Part shown: piece after piece, positions 1 through 11,489 of the stretch
Layout: the number at the start of each line of letters is the position of its first letter
Position numbering within the stretch: position 1 is the first letter of the stretch
NCBI GenBank assembly: GCA_002633005.1
Contig: NMRA01000236.1
Span: 247,679-311,678, forward strand
Direction: 5' to 3'
Source: Phoronis australis
Lineage: Eukaryota; Animalia; Phoronida
Length of the DNA: 64,000 nt
Program-made: the position numbers and the translations under genes
The notes under the pieces: generated by a model
The model's input: the letters and a program-made list of their open reading frames with translations, nothing else
Told to the model about the DNA's origin: nothing
Databases searched by the model: none

Positions 1-555
1 AATGGAGGACATCAGTGCAGAGCTCTAGCAAGTGCTCATTTTACTCTATTATCAAAACAGATTTATCTTGTGAAGAATATCTTTACAGTTTACCACCAAC
101 TCTACGTAGAATTTTAGCCAAATTCAGGTGCTCTGGACACCAACTGAAAATAGAAACTGGTAGGCACCATGACATTCCAAAGGAAGATAGACTTTGCGAA
201 ATTTGCAACCGTTCAGAAATTGAAGACGAAATACACTTATTACTTAACTGCCCCGTATTTAACGACATTAGAAAGAATTTTTTACCAGAAATATCCCGAC
301 AGCATACAGACATCGAAAACGTCAAATACTTATTCAAAACAAACTCTGGAAATCTTTTGAAAAGACTATCCTTATTTATATTAAAGGCTTATGGTATTAG
401 ACAGGAAACTCTAACATTGTAACGTGTAAATATGTATATATGTATTGAATACCCGGACATGAAATTGCCAGCTGTACCAAATGTTGCAATGTAATATGTA
501 CAAACGAGCTTAGCTCCAAGTGCAATAAACAACCTCTCTAAAAAAAAAAAAAAAA
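1..555 (+). mobile_element. 3' end of RTEX-like non-LTR retrotransposon (ORF2 C-terminus 15..422, AATAAA, poly-A tail), in an intron of the ODC-like gene
   Basis: Translation KFRCSGHQLKIETGRH...RLCEIC...EDEIHLLLNCP matches the C-terminal Cys/His region of the intact LINE at 27-31 kb; AATAAA at ~524 and A-run ending at 555. Confidence 0.88.
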
Positions 556-633
556 CATTACTAAGGCTCTGCCAGGACTATCTGGTTAGCCCAATACATC
601 TAAACTAACAAAATTCCGGTGAAGTTAGGCTTT
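556..633 (-). repeat. Terminus of a dispersed TTAA-flanked DNA element (Kolobok-like end); second copy at ~63036-63110 on the opposite strand
   Basis: Reverse complement ttaa-agcctaacttcaccggaatttt...gggctaaccag...agccttagtaa aligns with ttaa-agcctaacttcaacggaatttt...ggggctaaccag...agcctcagcaa at ~63032-63110. Confidence 0.6.
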
Positions 634-1376
634 AAGTATGCCTGGGGCACGTTCATTCGAAAACGCATTGTTAAAGCGGCAGTAAAGTTAGGTTTTCTGT
701 TCAAAAATCATATTTCAATCTGGGAGTAGATTTCAATCTAGGACACCAACCGCCATGAAAGTGGCCTCGTCCTGTTGTTTAGTCAAGATGTGATTTCTTT
801 GGCTTGAAAAAGAACTGACAGTTTGTTACTTGTTCAAAACAAGATCATAAAATTTCCTGTCATATTGGATTTTCAGTTGTTTCGGAGCCCGGGTCACGAG
901 TAACTTCTAAACTGAGCAAGGAGAAACAGGCATATTGACCTATAGTAAGCTCCGCCCTCTTGCGGAATGTCGACAAACAAACGATAAGTTTTATCCGCCA
1001 ATGTGTTGTTTGTCGGGTAAAATGGCAACTTGGAAAGGAAGGTGTGTCAAGAATGCTACATTCTGATTGGTCAGTTCAGCCGTCACCCAAAATCCTGGCG
1101 GCAGGCCAACTTTATAAGTGTAAGTGGCCAAAATCAAAACTCGTTTTTCACGGAAAGCACGGGTTCAATGCCAATTTAATGAAACGGATATCAAAGAAAA
1201 CATTGTTATCTATTTATCGGAAATAACGGGTACTTGGTCTTCAACGTGTTTGTTATAAATCTAGTCATATTGCTGCGGTTCATTGACTAAATTACACGAC
1301 GCCAATCCAACAAACCTTATTCGATTAATACCCCTTTCATAACAGCGATCGTTATTTTACTCGAAAACCAACTGAC

Positions 1377-1526
1377 CTAACACCGATTAGTTGAAGGTCC
1401 AAGCGGACGCACGTGTCGATCAGCTCCGCCGCGTCCTCTAGCCTGCACCCACTTTTATCACCAAGCTTACATTGCACTTTCGGTTTTCCAACAAGATCTG
1501 ATGGTTCCTTTATTCTGATCACGACC
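1377..1526 (-). CDS. ODC-like gene, coding exon 5 (VVIRIKEPSDLVGKPKVQCKLGDKSGCRLEDAAELIDTCVRLDLQLIGV)
   Basis: ttttcAG acceptor and GTCAGT donor, phase 2/2; aligns to ODC LVLRI...CRLSVKFGA...IDVVGVS; downstream exons (FHVGSG onward) not found in the window. Confidence 0.92.
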
Positions 1527-3117
1527 CTGAAAATGTAGACACCTGTGCAATTTAAACATTCATTTCTTGACACATCTTCGAGTTATGAGTCTTGAGGTAC
1601 TATCACAGATACTGTTTATACACAGTATGGGTAGCACTGAACAGTTAGGCTGCGGCCGCGGCCAATTTGCTGTATTTGTGAACATGCTGAGAATAAAAAA
1701 GGCCACTTTCTTGGCTGTAGCTGCACTCTTCTTTAAGATGGCGGCCCCTGGGGGCAATTGTGCATTGCTGGGTAGCGACTGAGAAATTGGCTGCCATTTC
1801 AGGTAGCGCTCAAACAAGCCAGAATTGCTAATAACTAGTTGGTTGACAATACTTTTGGACCACATTTTCGGAATTGGTAGGAAATTTGCTTTCAGAGTCT
1901 AATGTTGGATTTAGTCGTACATCGGCAGGGAAGTGGTGTTTTTTGGGGTGAAAAGTGCCGATTTTTTTCTTAGTCTAGGTTGGTTTTCAGTGGGAGTGAA
2001 AGGGTCAAAATAAAAGAGAGAATAAAATTTCTGCGCTCATCTGTAGGACTTTTTATGTGAAATAACTGGAAACATGTCATTCTTTGCATCCTGTTTTCGA
2101 CAGAGTGAAGAAAAGGTGACAAATCAAGTGACGTGTGTTTTGCTGGGCAAAACCCAGTGAGAACTGTTCTGTGTCTCCATGGCTTCACGAAACGTCGCCC
2201 TTACTTAAAAGCAAGGCTCACAAAACTAACCTCAGTCCACCGAATAACAAACTCGTGCGTGGACCAGCATAACATGGCTTACGCACCACACGTTACACTT
2301 CAGATATTTTCGCTCGGAAGTTTTTCATATTGGTGCACTTCGGGAAATTTGAGACAATGGAAGACCCAAGGTGCAGAAATCAGTCATACAGACAATCATT
2401 AGAGTTTGACAGTTACACAACTTATCGCATGAGTGAAACTTGCACATGAGCAGACATGAAACACCTCCAAGAGAAACTGGAATTTCTCGTACACTTTAGG
2501 GTGCAAAAACGCCCGATATGCTGCGGATGTTCATGCAACCAAAATTCAATGACCACTGACTCGCTTCTCCTGAGCCTGGTATACACACTCCACGGACCGC
2601 AACTTAAGACCCTTAAAACTCTTCCATTTGTTCACTGAAATGCAGTGTGTGAGTGCTGTTGTAAGTATTGAGAACTAAAGTCGACCAACTAAGACCCGGG
2701 GTCTAACGTTTGAACGTCGAACTTGACTGGGTTTTTGACATTTTATATTCTCTGCGAACTCAAGATCAGTGGTTTAACATTTTGTTCTAGAGTATGGATG
2801 ACTGTCTTGTTCCGGCTGAACTCTCGAAATTTCCAGTTTTTACTCGAAATGCCGCGTGTTTAGCTCCAGTCTACTTGTCATCAAGAGTAAACCAGACACA
2901 CAAAAGAGAGAACCGTGACACGCTTGAACAGAGAAAAGCAGAGTCACTTATCTTGATTTGGGATAAAAAAGAAGAAAAATGTCACACATAATGTCGAGGT
3001 CGATTTGAAGTACCCCGTGCACTAATTCCGTTGATTAATAAGACTAACGTTACGCGCTGATGATTATGTAAGGATTCTGTGCATTGATATATGAAGTTTT
3101 AAAGCTCTACGAATTAC

Positions 3118-3290
3118 TTTGCATTTGGTGCGTATCTCTTTATTTTGAACAATTCTCCTTGGCTGTCGAAAGTCATCAAGTCCACGCCCATCTTGCTGGC
3201 AAACATCACGTCAGCGATCTGTTTATGGGTATTGGCCAAGATGATTCTCTCAGGTGACACACCCATATCCAGAATCATTTTCATTTCAGC
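3118..3290 (-). CDS. ODC-like gene, coding exon 4 (AEMKMILDMGVSPERIILANTHKQIADVMFASKMGVDLMTFDSQGELFKIKRYAPNAK)
   Basis: ttttcAG/GTAATT splice sites, 173 bp; homologous to ODC [23 protein letters not shown]...MMTFDSEVELMKV; absent from the ORF track (below its apparent 60-aa cut-off). Confidence 0.95.
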
Positions 3291-4189
3291 CTGAAAATAT
3301 AATTCCTTCTTGTGTTAATTTGGGAAAAAACGAGAAATATAATTTTGTAGAAGTGCAATTTGCTGAAGGTTAGAACTGCAATTTACTTCGAATTAGGTGT
3401 ATTCAATGTTTGGTCATTAATAGGCAAAGACCTATCGTAAGCTAGGGAACATTACCAATACATAAAGATGCTTCGTAGACCGGGGAACTCTATAGCAAGA
3501 ACAAAAGTTGACATTGTGCTAAAGACAACAATGGATTTGTAAAAAGCCGCGCGATCGGACACATGGATATTGGTGGGAAAATATCACTAAATCAAGTGCC
3601 GATGAAGCAGCCCAGACCTACAGGTATGCGTGTGCTCATTACCTCGCCCCTCTGGTCATAATACTGTAACCATGCCTGCCTGCTTCACAATAGGTGCCTG
3701 TTCATCAGCAGCAGCTCAGGCCTGCGTTCCATAGACGCAAACAACTTTCAGAAAACAAGATCACGCAAAACTTCACGTCATATCGCAAGCATTAGAAGCG
3801 AAGCACGTGATCAAAATAGCAGTAATCGCGATTGCGGATTTTAGCTTACGGAAGGCAGTGCTTGGTAGTTTCTTAGATGCAGGAATATCGCAAAGGGAGC
3901 CAGTGTGATCGCTTGCATCGCTTGTAATGCATATGGACAATTCGTGTATCTTGCGAGTTCTTGCTTTTTCGTCATTCTGATGCCAAATTCACTACTACAT
4001 AGGGAATTGCAGTGCAGGCACATTTGAAAAGTTGAAGTGTGTTAGAGACCCACCTCTAAAAATAGGTCAATAGTACAACGCAGTTCCTACTCCAGAGCCG
4101 GGGTCTCATCTTTTTACACGAAATCGAAGTTATTATGGCATTTTCTGTTCTATTTTGTGCTACCTGAAGTAAGTGTTATCATTCTGTAT

Positions 4190-5390
4190 AGGGCAAGTGG
4201 AGCTCATCAGCCTTGGCAGGAAGTTCACCTAGGAAAAGGAAAACTTCAGACCTCTGGTTCCTCTTTGACAAGATTTCAGGAGAAAACATCCAGGATATAT
4301 CCGGAGTGAAGCCCCTAAAGCGGTTAAAACATCGACTCGATATTCCTCCGGTAGCTTTTGCAGGCCGGGAGGGCTAGTCTGTTGACTGGACAATGCAGGG
4401 ATTCCATATTTTCCTTCGCCCAGGCAAGCGTCCTAGAGAGTCGTCCCACAAAGATAGAGCTCGAAAATCCACCTTCGTTGGAGGAACTCATCAAGGCCAT
4501 TAATGTCCTGGCTTGCGGCAAAGTCCAGGAAAAGACGTCATTCCTCAAAACGTCCTCAAATCTGGAAGACATACTTCAAGTCTGCACGATATTATTCTAC
4601 ATAGTTGTGAAGAAGGTTATATGACACTGGACATGCGAGATGCAAACTTGGTCTTGCTGTACAAAAATAAAAGGGCAGGCAGCCACTTAAATAATTCCCT
4701 CGGGTTATCACTCCTCAGCATCGTGGGGAAAGCGGCAATCTTTCACAATGGACCCACCAAGATCGGCAAAGCAGCGCTAGCAATGGCTCGTCTAGTAAAT
4801 AAGGTCTTGGAAAATCGTATGCTTCCTCAGCACCAAGCTAAAGGTGTACCAGGCTTGCGTCCTCAGCAGCTGCGAATCATGGACCTTATACACCGTCAAG
4901 AGCTCAGACTCAATTCTTTTCATTTGCGCTGCCTGGGAAGGATACTCGGCATCAAATGACAAGATCATGGCTTCAACAATAAAGTTTTAATTCAGGCAGT
5001 ACTTATTAATATGTACGTAATGCTTACCCAGAAGCGCCTTCGTTGGTTTGATGTGAGAATGCAAAAGGACATGGAGGCTTGCCACTGAAATCAGACCAAC
5101 AGGAAGGCATATGCTTCGTTTTAAAGACGTGTGTGCAGCGCGATCTGAAGACGAGAAACATCGACGTTGCACATTGGCAAGCTGTGGTCTCTGATCGCAA
5201 CGAGTGGAGGTCGATTGTCAAACAAGTGAGCAAAAGAAGAGAAGAAAAGAGAAGAAAAAACAGATACTACTTGAAGAACAGTCGTCCGAGGGTAGCCACT
5301 GAAAAGGATCAATTATACACCTGTGACGACTGCAACGGAACCTGTCTCTCCAACCATTCTATGCTCGCGTACATAATAACTGTCTAATCT
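4190..5390 (+). mobile_element. Degenerate, internally deleted RTE-clade LINE in an ODC intron (antisense to the host gene)
   Basis: Frameshifted fragments PPSLEELIKAI, SPGKDVIP, MRDANLVLLYKNK, KIGKAALAMARL, LRLNSFHLRCLGRILGIK, RDLK...DRNEWRSIVKQ and YTCDDC typical of RTE ORFs; the RT core is missing. Confidence 0.85.
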
Positions 5391-5664
5391 TAGTTTGCAC
5401 TAGATAACCCAAGCATTAAGGCAAAACGTTTGAGTATAAGTTTTTCATTCGAGTTTCAGTTTGAATCTAGCGAACATCAAGTGAGAACATGGACTACAAA
5501 CTCTTATGCACAAGCCATGACGTACTCGAGCAAAGAATAATAGGCACCAATCCTGAGTTCGCACAAAAGTAGAATTGAAAACGCCAAAAATAGTTTCGAG
5601 TTCGAATAAACAGATTTAACCCCGGCCCAGGATAAGAGAACAGGCGTCTAGATGTTGGAATTAC

Positions 5665-5741
5665 CTTAGAAGCGCAGTCGAAGGAGAATCCCTTTTCTAC
5701 CAATAAGGCCAACAACACAGAATCTGTGTTACACTTCACGG
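5665..5741 (-). CDS. ODC-like gene, coding exon 3 (AVKCNTDSVLLALLVEKGFSFDCASK) containing the PLP-binding lysine
   Basis: ttgttgtAG acceptor and AAG|GTAATT donor; AVKCN and FDCASK are ODC signature motifs (K69 and D88 equivalents). Confidence 0.96.
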
Positions 5742-5999
5742 CTACAACAAAAAGTCGACTTCAGTTTTCAATCTCACACCATGCACGAGTTTAAAGTGTA
5801 TTCAACGATGTTGTGATTTTATCAAAAACTGCTTCTTTGACCTAATTTTACACCGTGAAAGTCACATTTCACCAGCTCACTTGCTCACAGAACAACAAAA
5901 CGAATGCTATGATTCGAAATGGATAGTCTATATGAAAAGCCGTCGATTATACTGGTCCAAAGCCTAAGTCACACTTGCCGATAAAGACGATTCTGGAAG

Positions 6000-6063
6000 G
6001 CTTGCTTTAAGACTATTGTAAGGACTTGCTTAAGACTTTTGTAAGGGTTTGCTTAAGACATTT
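6000..6063. repeat. Short tandem repeat, ~23-bp unit x ~3 (ttgcttaagact(a/t)ttgtaagg)
   Basis: Directly visible repetition. Confidence 0.7.
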
Positions 6064-6331
6064 GAGAGCTAATCACAGTGACAGATCACTCCTTAATTTG
6101 TTTCAAAGAATTAAGAAGTTAATATGTGTCTTAAAAATAGGTTGTACACTGTGCAAATTAATATACTTTAATTATGATCTGTTGACTCAGTAGTATTTGA
6201 ACAGCACATTTAATTTCCTTTAGCTATCGTCAGGGTAAAACTACGTTTTTTATTTCCTGGATAATATGGCCTATCAACAAAAATTAACGGGTGGAACAAC
6301 CCTGGTTAAGTGCTGAAAAGTGTAACATTAC

Positions 6332-6428
6332 CGTAAAAAGGTGTAACACCAGGAAGTTCCTGTTCCATGGTCTCGCATTTACGTACGATATCTTCAAAAT
6401 CCATGACATAAAAAGGTCTTTCATCAGC
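6332..6428 (-). CDS. ODC-like gene, coding exon 2 (ADERPFYVMDFEDIVRKCETMEQELPGVTPFY)
   Basis: ttcttAG acceptor and G|GTAATG donor (phase 1) joining exon 3 in frame to give FYAVKCN; homologous to ODC DAFYVADLGDILKKH...LPRVTPFY. Confidence 0.94.
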
Positions 6429-6639
6429 CTAAGAATAAAAATATCGTTTAAAGTGCTTAAAGCCACCAACTCCATATCCAAAAACACCAGGAAACACACC
6501 CCACCAGTGTATCAGCTGGCAAATTAGAACATCCGCAAACACTATCTCACGATGTCGCAAACATTTGTAAGTCTGGTCAGCACACCACCTGTTGAACACA
6601 TCACGTGACCTAATGAACAGGAGTCAGAAAGATTTCTGC

Positions 6640-6712
6640 TCAAACCGGTAGTCGAATTCGGCAATTCATGCTAACTGTGCAGACGCTCTACTCCACTGAG
6701 CCATAGGGACCA
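6640..6712 (-). repeat. tRNA-derived SINE head
   Basis: Reverse strand gtccctaTGGCTCAGTGGagtagagcg...gccgaaTTCGACtacc: A-box and degenerate B-box; no intact cloverleaf. Confidence 0.6.
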
Positions 6713-7508
6713 CTGGTCAAATACGGAAATCCAATCATATTTAGTAGTGGACATTTCGCCCTTGAACTCCTGAGTATACACGAATACCAAGCGTGCATTC
6801 AGTAGACGCTAGGACCTACGCTAAGACCTAGCTAAACCCTAGTCAAAGTCACGTGTTCTCATTTAAAATGCACGGCAATATCTCACGTAATCTCGCGAAG
6901 TCTTGCTTTTTAGCGAGGTTCTAGCGTTACTGAACGGGAGGCAGATGTCCACTACTGTATGAAATTTGCAATAATGGGCCTAGGCACTAAGAAAACGCCT
7001 CTAACGGGTGGTCATTACTATTTTGGGAAACATGATTCTTTTTTTCTAAAAACGTGGCGCTTTCATAGAATTTGAAGAGTATACATATAATTCTGTTTTA
7101 GCGTTAGATTTTCATTAAGATCTAAAACCACGGTTCAGGCCTGTGAAAATCCCAAAAATGAAGCTACAAATAGGGTGGGTCCTTCTTAATGACACATGTT
7201 CACGCAAGAGGGAGTGATTGCCGCCAATGCGTTTTAGTAGTACTTTGATTTTTTTAGTAAAAAGTATAAAAGTGCGAAATAGATAGAGAAGGTAGCGCAA
7301 AAAGTGCTTTCCTCTCCCCCATTTTCTGTAAATTACGAGTCGCAGACAGGATCATAGACGATGTGCGGCGTCACTAATCGTCTCACCTCACTTCCATACT
7401 GACAACAGGACCTGCAAACTTCCAACTCTGGTGTTGCCCGTCAGTCGCCTCTGTATGCTTCTGGACCGGCTTGAGGCGCAGGTCGCAAAATATTACAGAG
7501 TACAGGAT

Positions 7509-7586
7509 GCCATAGTGAATTTTGGAGAATTATCGCCCGAGGGGCGTGAGCCCCTCGGGCGATAATTCTCCAAAATTCACTATGGC
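7509..7586. repeat. Perfect palindrome with 37-bp arms and a 4-nt loop
   Basis: gccatagtgaattttggagaattatcgcccgaggggc-gtga-gcccctcgggcgataattctccaaaattcactatggc. Confidence 0.95.
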
Positions 7587-7963
7587 CTACTCCCAATAAA
7601 TTCATTTGCAGCTGCGAGAGCAAAACTGTTGTGGCAGCCGCAGAGTGGAATTGAGGAGTTTGTGAAGCCCGGCGAGGGGAACAGTGCTGGAAATGGGATT
7701 GTAAACAAGGTCGGGTAACAGATTGATTACTGGACTTTAGTTGTATCCCATGAGAAGGGCACGCGGCACGTAACCAAAGAACTTGCAATATCGGTTCATA
7801 CACAGGCACAGTGTTTGATACCTAATAAAGCACTGACAGGCTCATTTCTCTCAAAATCCCACTTTCCTGCTCAGTTTTTAACGACAATATCTTAATGGAA
7901 CGTATCTGATGATATTGTGAACATAACAGATGCAAATTATATCTTTAATACATAAAAACTTAC

Positions 7964-8101
7964 GTCATCCTTTGAGAAGCAAAACTTTCTTATGCATTCA
8001 TACAGTTTTGATTGAGAATGATCATCTAAGACTTCCTTCCCCTTTTCAGCATACACTGCCTCCTCCACTCTACATATTGTATCGTTGGTACAATTTTCCA
8101 T
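7964..8101 (-). CDS. ODC-like gene, probable first coding exon (MENCTNDTICRVEEAVYAEKGKEVLDDHSQSKLYECIRKFCFSKDD)
   Basis: ATG at 8101, open frame to a consensus GAC|GTAAGT donor in phase 0, matching the phase-0 acceptor of exon 2; length and position fit the variable ODC N-terminus. Confidence 0.75.
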
Positions 8102-8249
8102 CTCTCTCAATGTAGTTCGACAGCGTAACACACACTACCACCTCTGTAGTTGACAGCTGTATGTTATCTCTCCTTGAGGTAATACTGTGCTGTCGTGAAG
8201 CCTTGTGTCCACGTATTTATCTTTGGGTAAATAATGCCGTCATCTCTAT

Positions 8250-8961
8250 TGTGGGTGGGCGCAGGTTGTTACAGACCGTTGATAGCTTTCGGTGCGACGA
8301 TTGACTGAAGACTGGTTCGAGTTTAATCCTTTATTAATCCCGATCGTACGTTCACAAGCCTACTCAAAAAAAAAAACGTCCGACATAATGTCTGTTCAAT
8401 GATCCAGCCTGTGCTACGAAGCCTTGACTTGTGATGAACATCTGAGACATGTTCTGCAACTGTTACACTCGTCGATTCAATAACCTGCTGTCTCTATAGC
8501 TGGCTCTCTATTGACTATCGCTGTAACTGCTGATTCTCTTTACTGCAACTCAACTGTAATTTTCCTGATTAACTTTCTTGAACTTCTGACGAACTGACTA
8601 ACACAAACCAGTGCTTGTGTATTTATAGCCTAATGCATTGTTCTGGAACTTTACATCAATTCAAGTACATTCTAGAACTTTCCTGAATCTACCAAACCAT
8701 TCTACAAACATGTACTAGTCTCTAGAATATTCCAGACTGCATTAATCACTGTCATGCTAGAGTCTTCTAGAAAGTTCCACACTATACTGCAGTGAACAAA
8801 TTACATCATCACTATTGACCTCAGTCTACTAGAAAGTTCCATACTACTCTGTAGTAAACAAATTACATCATCATTGTACTTAACTCAGGGGCCATGCTAA
8901 TCAAACAGAATAACAAAACAACACAATACAACTAAAAATACTGTCAGACTATATTCTGACA
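8250..8961 (-). mobile_element. Solo LTR (712 bp) with 5-bp TSD TCTAT
   Basis: TG...CA termini; TCTAT at 8245-8249 and 8962-8966; TATAAATA (~8619-8626) and AATAAA (~8329-8334) on the - strand in U3->R order. Confidence 0.88.
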
Positions 8962-9799
8962 TCTATGTTTGGGCATTCACTGCTGAATCCCATGCCTAAT
9001 GAGAATTGTAAGACGTTTGGTCATAGACGACAGGCGACAACGAGTTTTGGACCGATCCGACGACCGCTCTTCCTCCTAGTAGCAATTTTAGATTTTTACG
9101 TTCGCTTCTGTGTCTCTGGAGCTCCTTGGTGGATTTTCATAAAAATTGCAAATGAATTTTTACTAAGGAGATCCAGAGGCGCCTCCAAGATTTATAGAGT
9201 TAAGGGGGCCATGACACAGGAATATACAGAATTCCGCGCCCAGCATAAGATGTAGGGATGCAGGGGTCGAATTTTTAAGTTTGCGGACCTTTTGACGGTT
9301 AACGAGGTTTCTTCAGTACCTATGCATTGTTTATTTGTTTATTTACCCCCGCATGTGCTAGTGAGTGAGCAGTTCGCAATCGAACTGCCAAATGGTATCT
9401 GGTAGAATTTTAGGGAGGGCCATGGACCCCTTGGCCCCCCCCCCTAAATCCGTCATTGAGATCACCATTTTTGGATGGATTTGAAGTATTCCATCACTCC
9501 ATCCAGAATTTTTATTGAACAATGTAGTTATACCAAGCGCCACCAAAAGTCCAATTACTATATAAAGACCGCACATGTATAACTGTTTCTGAATGCCTGG
9601 CTAAATTGTTCACAGCAACTGTGGGGGAACCATGTTCTAAAACCTTTGTGTTGATGCAGTAGCATTTTTGCATCATTAAAACTATTTACCTGTCCGTTTA
9701 ATTAGTCATTTACCTAATGCCCATCTCTCGGATTCCTACCCTTTTTATTTTATTTTTGCTAGAAAAGAAGGAAAGAAGGTGTCTATGGGATGTTCTAAA

Positions 9800-9880
9800 A
9801 CCTCTCGACCCACAACCCTCTCGACCCCTGCGACCCACAACCCCCTAGACACACGACACACAACCACCGCGACCCATGAC
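9800..9880. repeat. Degenerate minisatellite (cgaccc/acaacc-type 8-9 bp units)
   Basis: cctctcgacccacaaccctctcgacccctgcgacccacaaccc... Confidence 0.65.
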
Positions 9881-10239
9881 AGAGAACAGTTTACACAAGC
9901 TCGACTCGATCTGACTTGAAAGACGAGTATGACCGAGAGCTCGGCTGACTTTTGTCTATTTGTGTAATTAAGAGACCTAGCAACGTTACAAATCGTTTCG
10001 TTCCCGGCAGAGTGTAATCGTCGCGTCTGCTCTTCAGTGAATGACAGATTAAAGATATTTTTGGAAGGTGCGAGAAGGCCACGTGTTTTAAAACAACCCG
10101 ATGTTTGTTTACCTCAGGACCATGCTTTTGGTTTGGTATAGTAATAGAGCTCCGGTCGTGCTTGAACAAGTAGGCGTATTTTAAGGGAATTATTTTAATA
10201 ATTAAAAAATTAAAAATTTCAAAATTATCGTAAAAAGTC

Positions 10240-11330
10240 CAGGGCCCGGTCTGCAAATCTCCGTACTCAAGACTCATACTCGAGATTTCATACTCAAAAT
10301 CGTGCTCACTGGAGTCGTACTCAAAAAAGCGTCTTTAATGTCGCATTTCGAGTAGACTCCAAACGTACTCAAATCTGAGAGTCGTACTGGAGTTGCTATC
10401 GAACTCTTTATGATGTGAAGTGCAAAACCATGCAAAGTCGCACTAAATTCAGCGCTCCGCATAGACTACCGTAACAACTACCTTATCATCTGCTGTCGCT
10501 ACAATTACAAGAGTATAACATAGAATCCTGAGTGTTCTGTAACTATTATTCATTTTTTCAGTTTAAATACTATATTCTTATACCCTTTCTTGATACATTT
10601 GACTATTATTAAGCTTTACTTCTTGAGTTCCTTATCTCTCAAAAATGTCTTAAGAAATTTGTAACAGCTTATCACATCAAAGAAAGTTTACGGCTGGAGC
10701 GGAGCAGCCACAAACTCAGTGTCTGATTCAGCCAGGGGGCAAAACGAGTTCATTCTCTCCTACACTTGACACATTCACTCCTAAAATTGGCATGGTCACA
10801 CCAACTATTGACGGCATATTGAAATTTTCTTTCTTAGTAATGCAGTGGTGGACTGGTGACCCCGGGCTCGTGGGTCAGGTACCATATCACAGGCCTGCAA
10901 TCAACATTTTTAAGAGATAGTTCGAATTGCACATTTTCTTTGACGGGAGGTTGAAATTCAAAAGTTTTCTACCTTAATTGCCTATGGTGGCATTCTTCTC
11001 TAGTTAGTGGTTGTCCATATCAGCCCGAAACGCCAGTCGACATTTTGGGCCTCAGTTGTTTGCTTCCTGGTCAACCCCTGTTCTCCCTTGCTATTTTAGT
11101 CTTGACATAGAACCCATTGCCGTGTAAGCCTACGCTGCTGTCAAAACTTTGATACTGTATCTTTGCATTTTACCGGGATGAATCAAGTTAGCTGAAATTT
11201 GGCACGTGAGTTAAAAAACTACATGTAGGCTACAGGCATTCAGAATTCATCAGTGAACGGGACGAGACGTCTATTTAATAATCGGCAAACAAAATTTGGA
11301 ATGCCATTCGGGAATTGAGGAATTATAGAT
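10240..11330 (+). repeat. Dispersed repeat segment with an inverted copy at ~15770-16244 plus 20195-20410
   Basis: 10480-10680 and 11085-11320 are reverse complements of 16005-16215 and 15770-16000; 10240-10450 matches 20205-20410; starts with the cagggcccggtct TIR motif. Confidence 0.8.
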
Positions 11331-11489
11331 GACTAAACTATGATTTGAAATGTACCCGACAGGGAAGCATATGGGGAAGTGACATTCAGTGTTAATGTTA
11401 CACTTTGATGATCGAATAAATTTTTCATCAACAGTCAAGTTTGTCACTAATTATTGTAACCACAACATTTCTTCAGTTTTAAAGCCCCA

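Noticed and set aside
700-775. Minus-strand FHGGWC resembling the next ODC exon (FHVGSGC)
   Set aside because: No AG acceptor in the required phase, an in-frame stop follows, and the downstream residues do not match ODC
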